Assembly (NCBI GenBank): GCA_048013815.1
Contig: CM106585.1
Location: 17,112,001-17,176,000 of the forward strand
Reading direction: 5' to 3'
Length of the DNA: 64,000 nt
Source of the DNA: Setoptus koraiensis
Taxonomy: Eukaryota > Animalia > Arthropoda
Below, piece by piece: positions 59,417-64,000 of the stretch. How positions within the stretch are numbered: position 1 is the stretch's first letter; each line of letters starts with the position of its first letter. The translations under genes were made by a program, and so were the position numbers. The notes under the pieces are model-generated. The model was given only the letters and a program-made list of their open reading frames with translations, was not told where the DNA came from and did no database searches.

Positions 59417-61042
59417 TCAGATCGGCTTACAGATATCGCATTTTATCAATTCGCAACACTCTGGTCCACCACCATATAAATCATGCAAATACTTCCACAC
59501 TGGTTCCGTTATAGGATGATATAATTCACTAACAATTGGCCATTTATCTTCGGGTACCTTATCGTGCTCACATAAGAAATCGTCGTTCGTTATGGGGCCG
59601 GGCTCAACAAAAGTATTAAACCTGTTTATCCATTGTCTGGATATAAGATATTTCTTCAAATCGCTCCTATGTTGATTCTGCCGTAATATTTCACTTGCTT
59701 TAGATCGTCGTTCACTGGTAGTATCATCTAATGTTGCTTTCTGATAAAATAATATATATGCTTCGCAACTTTCAACTTGATAACTTTGCACCATTGAAAC
59801 ACATTGATCATCGAATTCATACCATTGTTCATCAAAACAATTCAATGCATAAGTTGTATAATGACCAGTGAGTAAGGCTGAACCATGATGACAAATACAA
59901 GCCACTAGATTATAAGTTGTACATTGAGCATTACTATCCTCACTCATGAAAGGCTCTAATTGTAATCCTACTAATGGGAATGAAACATGCGTAGTTATTT
60001 TTGCTGAACTAATTGACTCGTAACGTTTAAAATGTATGCACAATATCTCAGGTAATTTTAATATCTTTAGGTATTTGACTCCTCTGTTTTTCTTTTCACA
60101 CTTCTCGCAACTATATTCATTATCTCCTTCTAGTGGGTCAGCTCCGAAAAAAATAGAGAGACAATCTTGAAGTGATACGGAAGGGCCCCACAACCAGCCT
60201 GAGATCCAGCTTAGCCAATCCCAAAACCATCTGTAAGCAGTTGATAGAGAGACTATGTGAATTGGTCTAACAGCAGTCGATGTTGATTGCTCGTCACCTG
60301 TATGGTGATGCTGATGGCTTTGATCAAGATACTGTTGTTGATGTTGTCTGTCGCCATCTTTGTTGCTATATAACTTGTTACTATTATTGCTAATGTTGTT
60401 GATATTATTATTAATGTTATTAGTTAGTGTGTTCGGACTTGGCGTTCTCAGCCAGTAGGGGTGATCTCTCGTTGGTATAGGGAGTGATAGATCTTTGAAT
60501 GTTTCTTTTGTGGTTGATACATTATTACAATTGGAGCACTGTACAGAGCTCAAAATTTTGAAGTTGAACGTGTCACTAATTATACTCTTGAATTTGTTCT
60601 CTTTCTTCTTGGTCTTGCCACATGCTGGCTGTTTCAATTCTTCGTGTAATTGTTCTAAGAAGCACCGGAGGAACTCTTGTGTATCTTGTTGAGTGTAGCC
60701 CCTAAATGCTGGATAAATACTCCTTATACCACGTATAATATTTGAAGGCACGGCATATTGTTGTCGTTTGACGTCCCAAATCTCCCTAATTAATTGTGAA
60801 TAACTATAACATAGGCCAGTTCTTTTAATATAACCTGAGCAATCCAAGATGAAACGTGTCAATTGTTGGCAGTTTGACAGAGCTTGTAAAGCACCATTCA
60901 TGTAGCATGTATTTCCAAGATTTTGTAAACCACATAATCCTCTAGGATCTTCATCGTCTTCTTCCTCATCTTCCTTTAGGGCAGTAGTTTCATTGTGATC
61001 TGGCGTAAGCCTATCTGATGAATTAGAAGATGATGACTCCAT
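59417..61042 (-). CDS. USP20: Ubiquitin-specific protease USP20/USP33 family, reduced form, 541 aa
   Basis: GLQNLGNTCYMN, QQDTQEFLR, family-typical WLWGPSVSLQDCL, LPEILCIHFKR, GHY, WYEFDD and one DUSP domain. Confidence 0.9.
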   Translation of the reverse strand: MESSSSNSSDRLTPDHNETTALKEDEEEDDEDPRGLCGLQNLGNTCYMNGALQALSNCQQLTRFILDCSGYIKRTGLCYSYSQLIREIWDVKRQQYAVPSNIIRGIRSIYPAFRGYTQQDTQEFLRCFLEQLHEELKQPACGKTKKKENKFKSIISDTFNFKILSSVQCSNCNNVSTTKETFKDLSLPIPTRDHPYWLRTPSPNTLTNNINNNINNISNNSNKLYSNKDGDRQHQQQYLDQSHQHHHTGDEQSTSTAVRPIHIVSLSTAYRWFWDWLSWISGWLWGPSVSLQDCLSIFFGADPLEGDNEYSCEKCEKKNRGVKYLKILKLPEILCIHFKRYESISSAKITTHVSFPLVGLQLEPFMSEDSNAQCTTYNLVACICHHGSALLTGHYTTYALNCFDEQWYEFDDQCVSMVQSYQVESCEAYILFYQKATLDDTTSERRSKASEILRQNQHRSDLKKYLISRQWINRFNTFVEPGPITNDDFLCEHDKVPEDKWPIVSELYHPITEPVWKYLHDLYGGGPECCELIKCDICKPI

Positions 61043-61515
61043 CTTAAGTATAATACAGCTCGCGGTTTTTTAAAGTATATATGGCGATGATAATAGTTAT
61101 TATGTTTGCTTCAATTTGTTTTAATTTGTCGCCATCGTAGTCTTTCTTATTGAAATATATTGTGTAAACATCGAGTTCTGAATGGAAAAGATTCGTTCTA
61201 TATTCAGTTCTTTGTAAAAATCAATTGATAGGCTTTTCATGCATCGTTTGCAAATTTGGCGCCTCGCTCGGAGATATTTGTTACTCTAACGGGCGCTCTA
61301 TTCTAATGTAGCATTAGTGCAGGCCATGGACGAGTGAAAGTTTCAACATGCGTTTAACATATGAAGATTCTCCTCGGACGATACCATATTATTACCGTAA
61401 CAATTTTCATTTACCTGTAATTTCCATCAAGCTATATTTTCTCGGTGACATCCATCTTATCAACCTACCAGACAGAGACAATTTCCCAGAACTCAATCAT
61501 CTCCAGGAGCCCGAG

Positions 61516-63828
61516 ATGAGTGTCAATAATGGCGCTCGCGACTTTTCTGTCACTCCCTACAAGTTGTGTGTCAGCATACTGATCACTGCATTCAATAGTA
61601 GACGTGAGTCACTCACATCTAGACAGAGTGGCAAAATGTGTTTATTTCTATTAAACTTGGTACGACAATCAGAATACTCTTTCAGACAACTATGTGATCT
61701 CATTGAATCCTATTGCACCTGCGAGGGCTTACCTGGTACTATCAAAACAGATTTTGAGGATACAATCAACAGTTTCAGAGATGCCGGTATACACAGCCTA
61801 TTTGATGTCGTCGCTAAATTTAGAGATTCTGTGAATATGACCAGCGTTAGTATGAACGCGAAACTCATTGAAAAGTCTACCGTAGCAGGATTGTACTTAC
61901 GCAAAGTATACATTTATTATGATAAGATGAACTTTACCGATTGCACTAATTTATATAATGATCTCATTGTCTATCTCGATAACAGTGGACCGCATAAGAA
62001 GCGAAAACAGGCTACTGCTGAACAACAAAAACAGTCGAGTGCCAAAGTTTTCAAGACTCCATACAAGTTATTTGATTTTAATTCTTCTATGCATGGTTCA
62101 TCGACGAAGAAATCAATCCGTCTAGCCACCACTCCACAGGTTAAGACTTGGCAAACTCCACGAGCGCCAAGATCATCCCCTCGAGTTACATCACAACGCA
62201 GGAACAATTTGAGGCCCCCACCAAGTGCTCAACTTCAAACATCCTTTCAGATGGATATTGTGGGCTCTCAGGCCCCTACTACTGCAGCCAATTATGGTAG
62301 CCAATTCGAGATGGGAACCAAAAATTATGATGATCAGACAGGTCATGATATTCCCACTCAATTAAGTTATCTCATCAACCACCAAATCGCCTGTTTGCAA
62401 GCCAATGAGCAAAGAGCCCATAATCCACACGATCTCTATCAGGCCATAAAGCGACCAGCCGATGCCTCAGATTTGGCGCACAAAGCAGCCAAAAGTGATA
62501 CAATTTTCCTTAGATATTTGAATTTGCTAAGGGTCAATGAATTTGTTGCCAGCAAACAATTACTAATGGCGTACTTTGATGGAGTTTCTGACAATGTCTC
62601 ACGTAGTTATTCTGCCCTTAATTGTTCGATATGGTATTTTCATTTTGGTCATCATCAGAGAGCAATTGAGTGTCTTCAGGAATGCTTTTGTTGCGCTCAG
62701 GCAGCTGATGACGAAAAGTGTTTACTCATCTCTCTCATGTGGTTAGCTAGGATTGTAATTGCGTCTAAGCAAAAAAAATCATCAAGATACAACGTGTACG
62801 CTTTGTTGAGTCACGTACAGAAACGCACCAATGACCTCGGCAACATGCATTATGTTCAAGCCATGGTGTCTCTCATACTTGACCAGTTAACTGGGCCCAA
62901 GGTGAGACCTCACATAGCGAATAAGCCAGTTAAAAAGTATAAAGATAATCAAACTGATGAATTTTTACCTACAGCTGAAATGTTGGCAGTGAAGTACTCC
63001 ATGAATGATGTTCTAACGATGAACTATGCTTTACAATCCGCTCACTATCACCTAATAGGAGCTAGCCAGCTCGCCGCTTTAACGTCGCAAGTGCTACTTC
63101 ATTTTGATCTGATAGAGAAATGTGGGGATGAAGACATACTATTGGTTAATGAGAATACTTTTATAGCCATACGTAATCTTGCTTATCATGTATGGAATAG
63201 CTGTAGGAATTTGGCTTTAGTTTGCGAAATTTTGGTCGAACTATGCTCGAATAGGATCCCCAAGCACCGAACCGATCATCACAGTATTTGGAGGCTAGCG
63301 CTGGCTGAGATTTCCTTTGAATATTACTTAGAGGAGAAAAACTGGGCTGCAGCTCGAGAAATGATAGATCTCATACAAGTGTATGACTATGAAAGCGGAC
63401 AACTGAGATTAGTTGAACTTGTTAAGCAGATGTCGGATACGAAGAAGGGACTATGTATTGTCAATGAACTGATAACTAGGATTGACAATGAAATACAAGA
63501 GGACAAGATCGCCAGAGACGATGTAATGATGCCTAGCGAGCATAAAGCCTATATAAAATCTAAAGCGTTATTATTGCGCGCCTCGCTCATGAATAATGTT
63601 GCCACAATATTCGAGTGTTTACAATTTGTAACAGTTAACAAATTCTATCATGTCAGAACGGCTTGTCTGATGGAGTTGGCCAGATATCTTCAAAGGGTAG
63701 GCATGATAGAAAGTTCAAGTCGGGTGATTAATTCAATAATGATTGACATACTTTCCAATGGGACATTCATGGAGCAACGTGAGGCTAATAGAATAATTGA
63801 GGCTAATAACAAGGCAATTTGTCAATAA
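61516..63828 (+). CDS. ANAPC5: Anaphase-promoting complex subunit 5, intronless
   Basis: N-terminal VTPYK motif; Apc5 domain RYLNLLRVNEF..LLMAYFD..SYSALN..FHFGH..LQE..AQ..DD.CL. The ORF is open from 61348, but homology starts at MSVNNG (61516). Confidence 0.9.
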   Translation: MSVNNGARDFSVTPYKLCVSILITAFNSRRESLTSRQSGKMCLFLLNLVRQSEYSFRQLCDLIESYCTCEGLPGTIKTDFEDTINSFRDAGIHSLFDVVAKFRDSVNMTSVSMNAKLIEKSTVAGLYLRKVYIYYDKMNFTDCTNLYNDLIVYLDNSGPHKKRKQATAEQQKQSSAKVFKTPYKLFDFNSSMHGSSTKKSIRLATTPQVKTWQTPRAPRSSPRVTSQRRNNLRPPPSAQLQTSFQMDIVGSQAPTTAANYGSQFEMGTKNYDDQTGHDIPTQLSYLINHQIACLQANEQRAHNPHDLYQAIKRPADASDLAHKAAKSDTIFLRYLNLLRVNEFVASKQLLMAYFDGVSDNVSRSYSALNCSIWYFHFGHHQRAIECLQECFCCAQAADDEKCLLISLMWLARIVIASKQKKSSRYNVYALLSHVQKRTNDLGNMHYVQAMVSLILDQLTGPKVRPHIANKPVKKYKDNQTDEFLPTAEMLAVKYSMNDVLTMNYALQSAHYHLIGASQLAALTSQVLLHFDLIEKCGDEDILLVNENTFIAIRNLAYHVWNSCRNLALVCEILVELCSNRIPKHRTDHHSIWRLALAEISFEYYLEEKNWAAAREMIDLIQVYDYESGQLRLVELVKQMSDTKKGLCIVNELITRIDNEIQEDKIARDDVMMPSEHKAYIKSKALLLRASLMNNVATIFECLQFVTVNKFYHVRTACLMELARYLQRVGMIESSSRVINSIMIDILSNGTFMEQREANRIIEANNKAICQ

Positions 63829-63900
63829 AGAGCACTCATCTTGTTGATTATTGAGAATAACAGACTAAATTGAACAACTACTCCTCGCTTCATCTCCCTT

Positions 63901-63999
63901 CTAAGCTCTCTTCGGTTGATTGTGTGGCCCGTTCACTAAGCTGGCTATTTGATCTGCGTTGAGGTTACTCAAAGGTACGCTCGATTCAACCCCAAAGTC
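63901..63999 (-). CDS. Probable C-terminal end of a convergent gene continuing beyond the window
   Basis: Open frame DFGVESSVPLSNLNADQIASLVNGPHNQPKRA* runs from the window edge, fitting the local pattern of tightly convergent genes. No homology recognised. Confidence 0.35.
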   Translation of the reverse strand, partial: DFGVESSVPLSNLNADQIASLVNGPHNQPKRA

Positions 64000-64000
64000 A

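Overview
Eukaryotic (metazoan) DNA from a very compact, intron-poor genome. An eriophyoid mite is a plausible source, but that is an inference from genome style. The window has two parts. Positions ~1-33 kb hold no recognisable gene and are full of microsatellites, short tandem duplications, perfect short palindromes and AP-1-like sites. Positions ~34-64 kb are densely packed housekeeping genes: LANCL, initiator tRNA-Met, cytidine deaminase, POLG, OPA3, PTDSS1, DMAC2-like, SF3B6, NSD, ARF1, MOGS, a CD36-family receptor, USP20/33, ANAPC5 and probably the 3' end of one more gene. Only three coding introns were found in 13 complete genes. The main observation is that POLG is chimeric. Its first 47 codons, with the upstream 5' region, are an inverted duplicate of the 5' end of the neighbouring head-to-head OPA3 gene (83% nucleotide and 36/47 amino-acid identity). 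The OPA3-derived N-terminus apparently replaces the native mitochondrial presequence of POLG, and the junction falls at the exon 1 boundary known from human OPA3.
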